Assembly: GCA_003560665.1 (NCBI GenBank)
Contig: PWKK01000029.1
Span: 1-42,917 of the forward strand
DNA length: 42,917 bases
Source of the DNA: Candidatus Nealsonbacteria bacterium
GTDB taxonomy: Bacteria > Patescibacteriota > Minisyncoccia > Minisyncoccales > PWPS01
Direction of reading: 5' to 3'
Position numbers and translations under genes: made by a program. Positions 1-8,839 of the stretch are shown here, piece by piece. Within the stretch, counting starts at the first letter, position 1. Every line of letters begins with the position of its first letter. Below the pieces are notes generated by a model. It was not told the DNA's origin and did no database searches. It saw only the letters and a program-made list of their open reading frames with translations.

Positions 1-238
1 AAAAATAGGGGACGGTTCTCTTTAGTCCCCATGCAATTCTATACGGGGCACGGCAGGGAATTCCACTATCTTAAATTATAGAGTAAAAAACTCCGACCGA
101 GACGGTTAAATGAGACATTTACAAAAACACTATTTTTCTCTCAGAACTCCGGTTCTAGACCGAGTCAACCAGCTTTATAAAATGAAAATTCCTGGAAATA
201 AAAATGATAAAAGACAGTGTATAAGAGGAAGCAATTGT

Positions 239-1444
239 TTATCTTTTTTTGGCCAATTCTATCAATTGGTCAATAATTTCTTGGACGAGAGATATCTCTT
301 TTTTAATTTCTTCTAGCTCTTCTCTAAAAAGAGGATTTTGATACCAAGGGACCACCCTGTGGCCAGATCTTTTTATTGATTTGGTGCTTTTTTCTTTAGT
401 TTCTTCAACTTCTACTTGCCACTGGAAAACGGGATAGTCACTTTCATTGTAGATATTAGACCAAATTGATTTAAAATCCCATTCCTTGTATAGCACTTCT
501 AGGGGTGGTTCACCGTAGTTATAAAAACTTTCAATCTTACCGGTATCGATAATTTGACAACCAGAGGAGTCTCCGGCACCAATACAATCAAGAGAACTAA
601 TTCCTCTGTAAGAGAAAGAGTTTTTTATTGTGCCCGTGTTTTTTCCGGTAAACAAACCCACATCTTCTTCTCCCTCTGGCTCTTCTTCTGGATTCCCGGT
701 CGAATAAGAGTTTTTGATGGTTCCCGTTATGTTTTCACCTAAAAAACCACCAACAAAATCTTCACCAATTATATTTCCAGTTGCATAGGAGTTTTGTATC
801 ATTTCTTTTTCCTCCTCTCCCCAGTTTTCTCCAACAAGACCACCAACAACCAATTCCCCCTCAACATTTGCCTTTGAATAAGAGTTCATTACTGTGCCAT
901 TTCGGTTTTGACCGACGATTCCTCCTACAAGCTGTTTTCCGATTACACTTCCTTCTACATAAGAATTTTTTATAACCCCCTCCCGGTTTCGCCCGACAAA
1001 ACCGCCGACATAAATATTTCCCGTGATATTAATATCACTTAAACCAACATCTGAAATTTGGGCTTCGTTGTATATTTTTCCAAAAAGACCTATAAAATCT
1101 TCGTTTTCTCTATTAATAAACAAGTTACTTATCACATGTCCATTGCCATCAAAAACCCCTGTGAAAGGAGTAGCTTCTGTTCCTAGCGGAGCGAATCCCA
1201 AATATTCTTCTTCGATTGCGTCATAGTTCCATTCGCTGCTATCTTTGCAATTGATATCACTGTTTAGAACATAATTACCGCTTAGGGGATAGTCATCTTC
1301 ATTACTACCGATAAGTTGTAACTCAGAGCAGTTATCAATTGTTATTGCTTCTTGTGCCACAACCTGTCCTGTCCACCGGAAGAAAACAAGGGCAAAAAAA
1401 AGAAAGGTTACTATTCTAAAATAGAGTATACTGCTTTTCATCAT
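239..1444 (-). CDS. Secreted/surface GLUG-repeat protein
   Basis: Signal-peptide-like N-terminus (MMKSSILYFRIVTFLFFALVFF...VVAQ); FTGVFDGNGHVISNL...IGLFG motif; repeated VGG(F/I/L)(V/L)GxN...NSY units; acidic. Start placed at ATG 1444 rather than the ORF-track 1498. Confidence 0.8.
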   Translation of the reverse strand: MMKSSILYFRIVTFLFFALVFFRWTGQVVAQEAITIDNCSELQLIGSNEDDYPLSGNYVLNSDINCKDSSEWNYDAIEEEYLGFAPLGTEATPFTGVFDGNGHVISNLFINRENEDFIGLFGKIYNEAQISDVGLSDINITGNIYVGGFVGRNREGVIKNSYVEGSVIGKQLVGGIVGQNRNGTVMNSYSKANVEGELVVGGLVGENWGEEEKEMIQNSYATGNIIGEDFVGGFLGENITGTIKNSYSTGNPEEEPEGEEDVGLFTGKNTGTIKNSFSYRGISSLDCIGAGDSSGCQIIDTGKIESFYNYGEPPLEVLYKEWDFKSIWSNIYNESDYPVFQWQVEVEETKEKSTKSIKRSGHRVVPWYQNPLFREELEEIKKEISLVQEIIDQLIELAKKR

Positions 1445-1738
1445 ATTTTTTGTTAATATACCACAAAAAAAGAAAACAAGAAAAAATATTTCCTTCATTA
1501 AAGCGGAAAAACGGTTACAAACGGTTTCTTGATATTGTTTTTAGAAATTTATTGTACAGCACTTGCCAGTGGATAATTGAAAAAACCAACAAAAGGGGCA
1601 TTAAATTAGTTCGCGGAACAGGGGTTTATTTTCTCATGCTGGTAATTTTCTTTGTTGTTTTTTGCCTGAATAATTGAAGCGACTCGTTGAGTAAGAAAAC
1701 AGCTTGCAAGGGCGGTGGAAAAGAATTCTCGCCGTTTT

Positions 1739-2476
1739 TTACTTAATGACAGTACCGATTTTTTGTCCGAGAAGAGCTTTTTTTAAATTACCTTTTTTGT
1801 AGATGTTAAAAACAACGATATTAACGCCGTTTTCTCTGCAAAGATCAATGGCGGAGTTGTCTATTACCCTGATATCATCGTTTCTAAAAGCCTCTTCAAG
1901 GGACAGTTTTTCATATTTTTTTGCATCAGAGTTTTTTCGTGGATCTTTTGAATAAACTCCGTCTACTCCTGTTGCTTTAAAAACAGCTTCGCAGCCGAGC
2001 TCTAACCCACGCATAGCCGCTGTGGTATCGGTGGTGATAAAGGGAAGGCCGGTTCCTCCTCCGATAATAACAACTCTTCCTTTTTCGAGGTGGCGTACGG
2101 CTCTTTTTCTGATAAATGGTTCGGCAACTTCCTTGATTTCGAATGCTGTTTGAAGACGTGTAGGTACATTTCTTCTTTCTAAAGAGTCTTGTAATGCCAT
2201 TCCGTTAAAAATAGTAGCGAGCATCCCCATGTAGTCGGCTGTGGTTCTGTCTATTCCCTGTTTGCTTCCGGCAACTCCCCGAAAAATATTTCCGCCTCCA
2301 ACAACGATAACAATCTCAAAACCCTTTTTGTAAGCACTTTTTATTTCATCGGCGAGATAAAAAATAAAATCGGGATCAATCCCGAATTTTTCTTTCCCCA
2401 TCATTGCTTCACCGGAGAGCTTTAAAATAATTCTCTTATACTTTGACTGCACTTTCTTTTTTGGTTGTTTTTCCAT
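1739..2476 (-). CDS. pyrH: UMP kinase
   Basis: RIILKLSGEA, VVGGGNIFRG, ADYMGMLATIFNG, FITTDTTAAMR and VDGVYSKDP motifs. Confidence 0.97.
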   Translation of the reverse strand: MEKQPKKKVQSKYKRIILKLSGEAMMGKEKFGIDPDFIFYLADEIKSAYKKGFEIVIVVGGGNIFRGVAGSKQGIDRTTADYMGMLATIFNGMALQDSLERRNVPTRLQTAFEIKEVAEPFIRKRAVRHLEKGRVVIIGGGTGLPFITTDTTAAMRGLELGCEAVFKATGVDGVYSKDPRKNSDAKKYEKLSLEEAFRNDDIRVIDNSAIDLCRENGVNIVVFNIYKKGNLKKALLGQKIGTVIK

Positions 2477-2553
2477 AATTATGGTTGTTTTTTAAAAAAG
2501 TAAAATGTGCTATAGTTTTGTTGTCAATTTATTATAAAAAAAATTCTAAAATT

Positions 2554-3327
2554 ATGCAAAAAACAATAGTGATAATAGTTTTTATTTTACTTCTTGGAGC
2601 AGGAACTCTTTACTTTTACGGAAATGATAAAGATCTTGTATCCGACACACCCAACGATCACTATATCAAAGGGGATATCATCAGTATCAACAAAGAAGCA
2701 CAATCGTTCTTAGTGGCTGAGGGATTAAAAGTGGAAGAATACACCGGTGACATTGATGAGTTGGAAGGTAACGCCATTCATCTAACAGTTACCGAAGAAA
2801 CAGAGATTAGAAAGGGGGACCGAGAAATCACTTTATTGGACTTGATTACGGGAGAAAAAGTGAAGGTTTGGGTGACGGGGCCGGTTATGGAATCTTATCC
2901 TGCACGTGGAACAGCTTCTTTAATTGCTGTAGAGGAAGAAGAAAAAGAGGAGATGGAAAAAGATGAAGAAAGAAGTGAAGAAGAGGTAGATGAAGAAAAG
3001 AAAAAAACTGAAACAGAGAAAACCGAAGAAAAGGAGAGAAAAGATGATGAAGGAAAAGTGGCAGAAAAAAAAGAGTGTTTTGTGGGAGGTTGTAGCGGGG
3101 AGCTTTGCACTGAAAACCTCGAAGTAATAAGCACTTGTGAGCATATCGCCGGGATGGAGTGCTTGGGAGAGGAGATGAGTTGTGAGCTTGTAGAAGGAGT
3201 GTGTACATGGGTTTTATCGGAAAAAGCAGCACGTTGTTTTTCTGAAATAGAAGAAGAATACGGCGAAATAGTGAGGAAAACAAGAATCGGATATTTTTTT
3301 GAAAAAGCGGAAAGTGTTTTAAAATAG
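2554..3327 (+). CDS. Membrane-anchored protein: YobA/DUF3221-like domain, acidic linker and eight-cysteine-cluster domain
   Basis: N-terminal TM segment from MQKTIVII (ATG 2554); GEKVKVWVTGPVMESYPA; E/K-rich linker; CFVGGCSGELC...STCE...C...C...CTW...C with 8 Cys. Confidence 0.65.
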   Translation: MQKTIVIIVFILLLGAGTLYFYGNDKDLVSDTPNDHYIKGDIISINKEAQSFLVAEGLKVEEYTGDIDELEGNAIHLTVTEETEIRKGDREITLLDLITGEKVKVWVTGPVMESYPARGTASLIAVEEEEKEEMEKDEERSEEEVDEEKKKTETEKTEEKERKDDEGKVAEKKECFVGGCSGELCTENLEVISTCEHIAGMECLGEEMSCELVEGVCTWVLSEKAARCFSEIEEEYGEIVRKTRIGYFFEKAESVLK

Positions 3328-3354
3328 GCTGGTGTTTTCTAAAAAAAGAGGCGG

Positions 3355-3801
3355 TTAGAACTGTCTAGCCACCTTTTTGTAATAGTTTTTTTTAAACTCT
3401 TCCGGGCGATTGGCCACATATTTCTTTTCTCTAAAGAACGAAAGAATTTTTTCGTCGTCATCAACGACAAGGTCAGGCTTTTCGCTGAGGATATATTCTT
3501 TTTTTTCTTTTTCGGTACCAAGGCACTTTACAGAATGAAAAGAAAAACCTTTTTTCTGTAGCCAGCATTTTGTGTATTTCTCTGTTTTTACTGGTCTCTC
3601 TGAAGCAACTTTAATTTGAGCGGTGTTGAACAAGCGGTTTAAAATTGTAAGCATTTCCGGGTCTATTTTCGGGTTTAACAACAAGAGACCGAAAAGAACA
3701 ATTGGCCACGGAGCCTCTTTAACCTCTCTTCGCTTTATAGTCTCCCTTAAAAGAGGATCTACAAAGCACAACGTTTCGTCGATATCAAGAATGATCTTCA
3801 T
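3355..3801 (-). CDS. Small capless HAD-superfamily phosphatase (5'-nucleotidase-like)
   Basis: Motif I ILDIDET at the N-terminus, motif II VASER, motif IV VVDDD; strong SD (AAAGGAGG) upstream. Confidence 0.7.
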   Translation of the reverse strand: MKIILDIDETLCFVDPLLRETIKRREVKEAPWPIVLFGLLLLNPKIDPEMLTILNRLFNTAQIKVASERPVKTEKYTKCWLQKKGFSFHSVKCLGTEKEKKEYILSEKPDLVVDDDEKILSFFREKKYVANRPEEFKKNYYKKVARQF

Positions 3802-4087
3802 TCTAAAAACCCTCCTTTAAAGAATGATTGGGTCAGATTATAACATGAAAACTGAAAAAATGAAATAATGTGCAGTCGCAGGAATAAGCCCAAAAACCAG
3901 GGAAAAATTCAATAAAAAAACGGGTGACCGGAAAGAGTTATGAAGAATATTCTCCTGAACAATAAAAAAATAAATAGGGGCAGGGCAACCATCGGGCCTG
4001 AAAACCCGATTAAAGTTGGGATGTTGGAAGTGATTTCCAAAACACACTCAAAACTATAAATCATTGTTAGAATAAAGTTTAAAGAAG

Positions 4088-5884
4088 ATGAAAAGAGAAG
4101 CAGTTAGCCAAAAAGCAATTCGACAGGTACTCAGTGATTACTGGCAACAGTATAAAACATATCCTCGTGACGCGGCGGTTTCTTTTGTAATGCCCACACT
4201 TGGGACGATTTTAACTACTTTTATTCCTCCTCTTATTATCGCTGAGATAGTTAATATGTATGCAGAGCATGATGTTGTTTCGTTAGCTATGGTTAGAAGC
4301 TATATCATTCTTTTTGGGGGGTTGTGGTTGCTTGGAGAGGTTTTTTGGCGTATAGGCTTGCATTACATTATCCGACTCGAAGCGAACGGAATGAAAAATT
4401 TAAGTATTAGCGCATTTCAGCGACTCGTTAACCGGGACCATAGATTCTACACAGATAGCTTTACAGGATCACTGGTTAAGCGGGCTACTGCCTTTGTTAG
4501 AAACTTTGAACGTTTCACAGATACGTTGGCTTTCAATGTAGTTACAAATGTGTTTCCTGTCCTGTTTGCAATGGTGGTACTTTGGCTTTACTCACCGTGG
4601 ATTACAATTACACTCCTGCTGATGCTCGGGATAGCTGTTTTAATAGCTCTTCCCATTATTCGCCGTAGATCTCGGCTTGTATCTCTTCGGCATGAGGCGG
4701 GGACAAAGATGGTTGGACATCTTTCCGACTCCATTTCTAACATCTCAACCGTGAAATCGTTTGCAAAAGAAAGCAGAGAGCGTGAGTGGTACGAATACTA
4801 TGTTCATGATTTTGCAATGAAGTTCAAGAGAGCAGGTGATTATCACAATTTACGCCTTGATGTCGCCATATCTCCTCTTTATGTTCTATCCAATATACTA
4901 GGGCTGATTCTTGCTATTTATTTTGTACAGGCATTAACTCTTCAGGCTGGTGTCATTGTTGTTGTTTTCTCTTATTACAGCCGTATCACGAGAATTTTTT
5001 GGGAAATTAATAGAATTTATCGTGACATTGAATCATCAATGAATGAAGCAGGAGAATTTACCGAGATGTTTCTTGAAGACCCGGCGGTGCGTGATGCTTC
5101 CGACGCGAAAAAGCTTGCTGTTACCAAAGGGAGGATACGATTTAATGACATTACCTTTCGTTATCCAGAGCAGGAAAATAGCGAAGAAACTTTTTTGCAT
5201 GATTTTTCACTAGATATTCGTGGCGGACAAAGGGTTGGGCTGGTCGGCCCGAGTGGAGGAGGAAAAACAACAATTACGGCACTTGTTCTTCGTCTTTTTG
5301 ATCCTCACGTTGGAAGCATTACAATTGACGGACAAGACATACGTCACGTAACACAAGCATCTTTACGTGAGAATATCGCTTATGTCCCTCAAGAGCCTTT
5401 TCTTTTTCATCGCACGCTTATGGAAAATATTGCTTATGGAAAAGAGGGAGCCAAAGAAGAAGAGATTAAAGAAGCGGCTAAACTTGCTTACATTCACAAA
5501 TTTATTGTTTCTCTTCCCGATGGGTATAAAACGATGGTGGGGGAGCGGGGAGTTAAGATATCCGGAGGACAACGTCAACGAATTGCTATCGCACGAGCGT
5601 TACTGAAAGGAGCTCCTATTTTAGTACTTGATGAAGCTACCAGCTCACTTGATTCAGAGTCGGAAAAGTATATTCAAAGAGGATTGTTAGAATTAATGAA
5701 GGGTAAAACATCTTTGGTAATCGCACACCGTCTTTCAACCATTAAGCATCTTGATAGAATTATAGTTCTCAACCAAGGAAAGATAGTAGAAGATGGCACA
5801 CACGAAGAATTAATTACACGAGACGGGCTTTACACCAAGCTTTGGAATCGACAATCCGGTGACGATACGGATAAAAATCTTTAA
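4088..5884 (+). CDS. ABC exporter, fused permease/ATPase (MsbA/MdlB-like half transporter)
   Basis: N-terminal TM domain; Walker A GPSGGGKT, signature ISGGQRQR, Walker B ILVLDE, H-loop IAHRLST. Confidence 0.93.
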   Translation: MKREAVSQKAIRQVLSDYWQQYKTYPRDAAVSFVMPTLGTILTTFIPPLIIAEIVNMYAEHDVVSLAMVRSYIILFGGLWLLGEVFWRIGLHYIIRLEANGMKNLSISAFQRLVNRDHRFYTDSFTGSLVKRATAFVRNFERFTDTLAFNVVTNVFPVLFAMVVLWLYSPWITITLLLMLGIAVLIALPIIRRRSRLVSLRHEAGTKMVGHLSDSISNISTVKSFAKESREREWYEYYVHDFAMKFKRAGDYHNLRLDVAISPLYVLSNILGLILAIYFVQALTLQAGVIVVVFSYYSRITRIFWEINRIYRDIESSMNEAGEFTEMFLEDPAVRDASDAKKLAVTKGRIRFNDITFRYPEQENSEETFLHDFSLDIRGGQRVGLVGPSGGGKTTITALVLRLFDPHVGSITIDGQDIRHVTQASLRENIAYVPQEPFLFHRTLMENIAYGKEGAKEEEIKEAAKLAYIHKFIVSLPDGYKTMVGERGVKISGGQRQRIAIARALLKGAPILVLDEATSSLDSESEKYIQRGLLELMKGKTSLVIAHRLSTIKHLDRIIVLNQGKIVEDGTHEELITRDGLYTKLWNRQSGDDTDKNL

Positions 5885-5910
5885 ATTGGAAAATATTGTG
5901 ATATGATGAG

Positions 5911-5920
5911 AAAAAGGTCG
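5911..5920 (+). promoter_or_regulatory. AAAAGGTCG leader motif, copy 1, preceded by extended -10 TGATATGAT
   Basis: Exact 9-mer ending 21 nt before ATG 5942 and repeated upstream of three other genes. Confidence 0.6.
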
Positions 5921-5941
5921 TTTTTTAAAATTTAAAAAAAT

Positions 5942-6322
5942 ATGTCCCTAAAAAAGATAAAGAAAACAAAGAAACCTGTTTCTCCAAAAAAGAAGGCTAC
6001 TCCTACTAAAGAAACAACGAAAAAGAAAGCACCTCTAAAAACAAAAAAAGCGGGAACCAAAAAAATCACGAAGGAAAAACTTATCGGGAAAGTAGTTCAC
6101 TATTTCAACAAGGCCAAGGTTGCGGTAGTAAAGCTGAAAGCCCCTCTTGCCGTTGATGAAAAGATTAGAATTAAAGGGGGAGAGACTGATTTTACACAAA
6201 AAGTAAAGTCGATGGAAGTGGACAAAAAGAAGATTAAAAAAGCAAAAGCGAAACAGGAAGTGGGGTTGAAAGTGAGTAATAAAGCTCGAGAAGGGTACAA
6301 GGTTTTTAAGGTGGTGCAATGA
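5942..6322 (+). CDS. Small basic protein: Lys-rich N-terminal tail plus EF-Tu domain II/U32 C-terminal-like beta-barrel
   Basis: About 45 aa K/T/P/A low-complexity tail, then IGKVVHYFNKAKVAVVKL...IRIKGGETDFTQKVKSME...VGLKV...REGYKVFK. Confidence 0.7.
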   Translation: MSLKKIKKTKKPVSPKKKATPTKETTKKKAPLKTKKAGTKKITKEKLIGKVVHYFNKAKVAVVKLKAPLAVDEKIRIKGGETDFTQKVKSMEVDKKKIKKAKAKQEVGLKVSNKAREGYKVFKVVQ

Positions 6323-6324
6323 GA

Positions 6325-6351
6325 AAGCAGGGACAAAAAACGTCCCTGCTT
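6325..6351. terminator. Intrinsic terminator hairpin between convergent genes
   Basis: AAGCAGGGAC-AAAAAAC-GTCCCTGCTT is a perfect 10-bp stem followed by a T-rich tract. Confidence 0.75.
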
Positions 6352-6361
6352 GTTTTCCTTT

Positions 6362-6523
6362 TTACGGCGATGAATCTTTTGATTTTGACTCCTTCTTGTT
6401 ATCGATAATGTAGCTTTTTACCCTTTCTCCCGATAGTCCTGCGTCTTCTGCCTCTCTTTTAAGCTTGAGATAATCTTCTTCACTGATTGAAAGATTTCCC
6501 ACCACCACTATTATTTTTTCCAC
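6362..6523 (-). CDS. Uncalled 53-aa ORF, possible ribbon-helix-helix-like protein
   Basis: GTG 6523 to TAA 6362 gives MEKIIVVVGNLSISEEDYLKLKREAEDAGLSGERVKSYIIDNKKESKSKDSSP; strong SD AAAGGAGG upstream; ends just before the terminator hairpin. Confidence 0.6.
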   Translation of the reverse strand: MEKIIVVVGNLSISEEDYLKLKREAEDAGLSGERVKSYIIDNKKESKSKDSSP

Positions 6524-6635
6524 TTTAAACCCTCCTTTAAAAGTGTACTTTCTGGAACCTTATTAACACAACAAAGTGAAATTGTCAACTCTGATTGTAA
6601 TAACAACGCTTACAATTTTATTTAAATAATTATGT

Positions 6636-7079
6636 ATGAAGATAAAGAACAAGATAATTGAATTTCAAACAAAAGGAATTTTTCATTTCATAGATTTTAC
6701 GGATAAAGTAAAAGAGTTCGGTAAAAGAACGGGAGTAAGAAACGGATTAGTTAATGTACAGATAATGCACACCTCGGCGGGATTAATTTTAAACGAAAAT
6801 GAGCCCCTTTTGCTTGAAGATATCAAGGAAAAATTTGAAAAACATGCTCCGCAGAATAATTCATATAAGCACGATGATTTAACCAAAAGAACGGTTAATG
6901 TTTGTGATAATGAGTGCGTGAACGGGCACTCTCACTGTAATGCAATCTACTTGCAAGCAACAGTTACTTTAAATTTTTTTGGCGGTGAATTACAGCTCGG
7001 TCGTTGGCAAAACGTTATGCTTGTTGAACTTGACAGATCACGTCTAAGAAAAATACAACTTCAGATTATAGGAGAGTAG
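6636..7079 (+). CDS. yjbQ: YjbQ/UPF0047 family protein
   Basis: HTSAGLILNENEP, YKHD, NGHSH, LQLGRWQNVMLVELD. Confidence 0.9.
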   Translation: MKIKNKIIEFQTKGIFHFIDFTDKVKEFGKRTGVRNGLVNVQIMHTSAGLILNENEPLLLEDIKEKFEKHAPQNNSYKHDDLTKRTVNVCDNECVNGHSHCNAIYLQATVTLNFFGGELQLGRWQNVMLVELDRSRLRKIQLQIIGE

Positions 7080-7087
7080 CCTTTACG

Positions 7088-8761
7088 CTATTTTTTTAGG
7101 AGAGACAGTTGTTTTTTTACCTCTTCTTCGTCTATTTTTTTATAAAGAGGATTTGTTTTTTTAACTGAAACCTTTTCCGGAGAAGGATAAATCCATTTTA
7201 AATTGTCCGGAGAAGTGTTCATTTGATTACATATTTTCTGTGAAGTTTCAGGGAGGAAGGGAGAAATAAGAACTGCAAGGCACTTGATAACATGTGCGGC
7301 CACTGCCAGGTCTCTTTCTGCTCTTTGAGGATCGCTTTTGACCGTTGACCACGGCTCCTTGTCGTTAATGTAACGATTTCCGTAATCCACTAATTTAAAA
7401 ACAGCTTGCAGACCCTTTCTCAAGTGGCCCTTTTCAATACTTGACGCTACCAATGGGAAAGAATCTTCTGCCAACTTTAAAAAGGAAGACGAACTCTCGT
7501 CCGGGTTTTCCGGAAAAACAACGCCGTCTTTATAGTTTTTTTCAATAAAGGAAAGGGTGCGGTAGACGTAATTTCCAAAGTTTCCAATCAGTTCGCTGTT
7601 TATTTTAGAAGAAAACTCTTCCCACGAAAAATCCGCATCAGAGTTTTCCGAACCGTTAGCTATCAGGTAATATCTAAGGGTTTCAGAATCAAAATCTTCT
7701 AAAAAGTCAGAAAGCCAGATTGCCCAGTTCCTGCTTTTTGAGAACTGTTTTTTTTCCAGAGTAAGGTATTCAGAGGATATTATTTTGTCCGGGAGGTGGA
7801 GGTCTCCGTATCCCAGAAGAATTGCCGGCCAGATTACGGAGTGGAAAGGAATGTTGTCTTTTCCGTGGACATAGTAGTGAATCGCGTCTTTGTTTTTCCA
7901 AAAATCTTCCCAATTTCTTTTTTTTAACAAAGACCACTCTTTACTTGCCGAAAGATATGCGCAGACGGCTTCAAACCAGACATAGATTTTTTTTGACTCG
8001 TATCCTCTGAGAGGAACGGAAATTCCCCACTCGGTATCTCGCGTGATTGAGCGGTCGTGAAGACCCTGATGGAGCAGTTTCTCCGTGAAGTTTCTTGCGT
8101 TTATTCTCCATCCGCTACTCTCTTTAACCATTTTTTTGAGTTTTTTCTCAAAACCACTGAGCCGAAGAAAGAAGTGTTCCGCATCTTTCCAGAGGGGAGA
8201 ACTTTCACATATTTTACACTTGGGGTCGATGATTTTTTTTGTTTCCATTAAGCTTCCGCAACCGTCACACTGGTCTCCTCTAGCGGAAGTGAAGTTGCAA
8301 AGATAGCACTTACCTTCGATATAGCGGTCGGGAAGAAATTTTTTACATTTTTTACAATAAGGAAGGCGTTCTGTTTTTTTATAGATATCATTTTTCTCGT
8401 AAAGCTTTAGAAAAATGTCTTGTACTGTTTCACGGTGAACGTCAGATGTGGTTTTTGTAAAAAAGTCATAGGAAAAATCCATCCCGTCGATAAGGGTTTC
8501 GACAAACTCTCGATGGTATTTTTCGGCGATGACCGAAGGATGGGTTTTTTGTTTTTCCGCCTCGAAAAGAATCGGTGTCCCATGACAATCGCTCCCGGAA
8601 ACAAAGAGCACGGAATCTCCCTTTAAACGGAAATATCTTGCTAAAACATCAGCTCCGATAAGTCCGGCGACATGGCCAAGATGGAGAGAACCGTTAGCGT
8701 ACGGTAAGGCGGCTCCAATCATTATTTTTCTGTTCATAGTTTTTTGTTTTACTTTTACCAT
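7088..8761 (-). CDS. metG: Methionine--tRNA ligase (two Zn knuckles, no C-terminal tRNA-binding domain)
   Basis: ALPYANGSLHLGH (HIGH), SGSDCHG, four CxxC pairs, YVWFEA, HGKDNIPFH, FSKS (KMSKS-like). Confidence 0.96.
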   Translation of the reverse strand: MVKVKQKTMNRKIMIGAALPYANGSLHLGHVAGLIGADVLARYFRLKGDSVLFVSGSDCHGTPILFEAEKQKTHPSVIAEKYHREFVETLIDGMDFSYDFFTKTTSDVHRETVQDIFLKLYEKNDIYKKTERLPYCKKCKKFLPDRYIEGKCYLCNFTSARGDQCDGCGSLMETKKIIDPKCKICESSPLWKDAEHFFLRLSGFEKKLKKMVKESSGWRINARNFTEKLLHQGLHDRSITRDTEWGISVPLRGYESKKIYVWFEAVCAYLSASKEWSLLKKRNWEDFWKNKDAIHYYVHGKDNIPFHSVIWPAILLGYGDLHLPDKIISSEYLTLEKKQFSKSRNWAIWLSDFLEDFDSETLRYYLIANGSENSDADFSWEEFSSKINSELIGNFGNYVYRTLSFIEKNYKDGVVFPENPDESSSSFLKLAEDSFPLVASSIEKGHLRKGLQAVFKLVDYGNRYINDKEPWSTVKSDPQRAERDLAVAAHVIKCLAVLISPFLPETSQKICNQMNTSPDNLKWIYPSPEKVSVKKTNPLYKKIDEEEVKKQLSLLKK

Positions 8762-8839
8762 ATTTCTTGGTTTTTTCCAATGTATTTTTTCTATTTTATG
8801 TTATAGTTAAAAAATACAAAATTAATAAAATAAGAAAAT

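Noticed and set aside
7-30. GGGGAC-N11-GTCCCC hairpin as a REP or mobile-element end
   Set aside because: Single copy at the window edge with no transposase; it may simply be a terminator for minus-strand transcription.
1726-1739. 14-mer shared (reverse complement) with the terminator arm at 20519-20532
   Set aside because: Short, partly an A/T run, and both lie at gene ends; most simply similar terminator arms.
3975-4040. Resemblance to a c-di-GMP-I riboswitch (AGGGCAACC...TGGGATG)
   Set aside because: The GCAAAGC junction and second stem are missing, and a -10 box lies downstream.
6320-6322. Alternative genetic code 25 (TGA=Gly) as in Gracilibacteria/Absconditabacteria
   Set aside because: Long conserved genes are intact under code 11, and this TGA falls at the expected domain end directly before a terminator.
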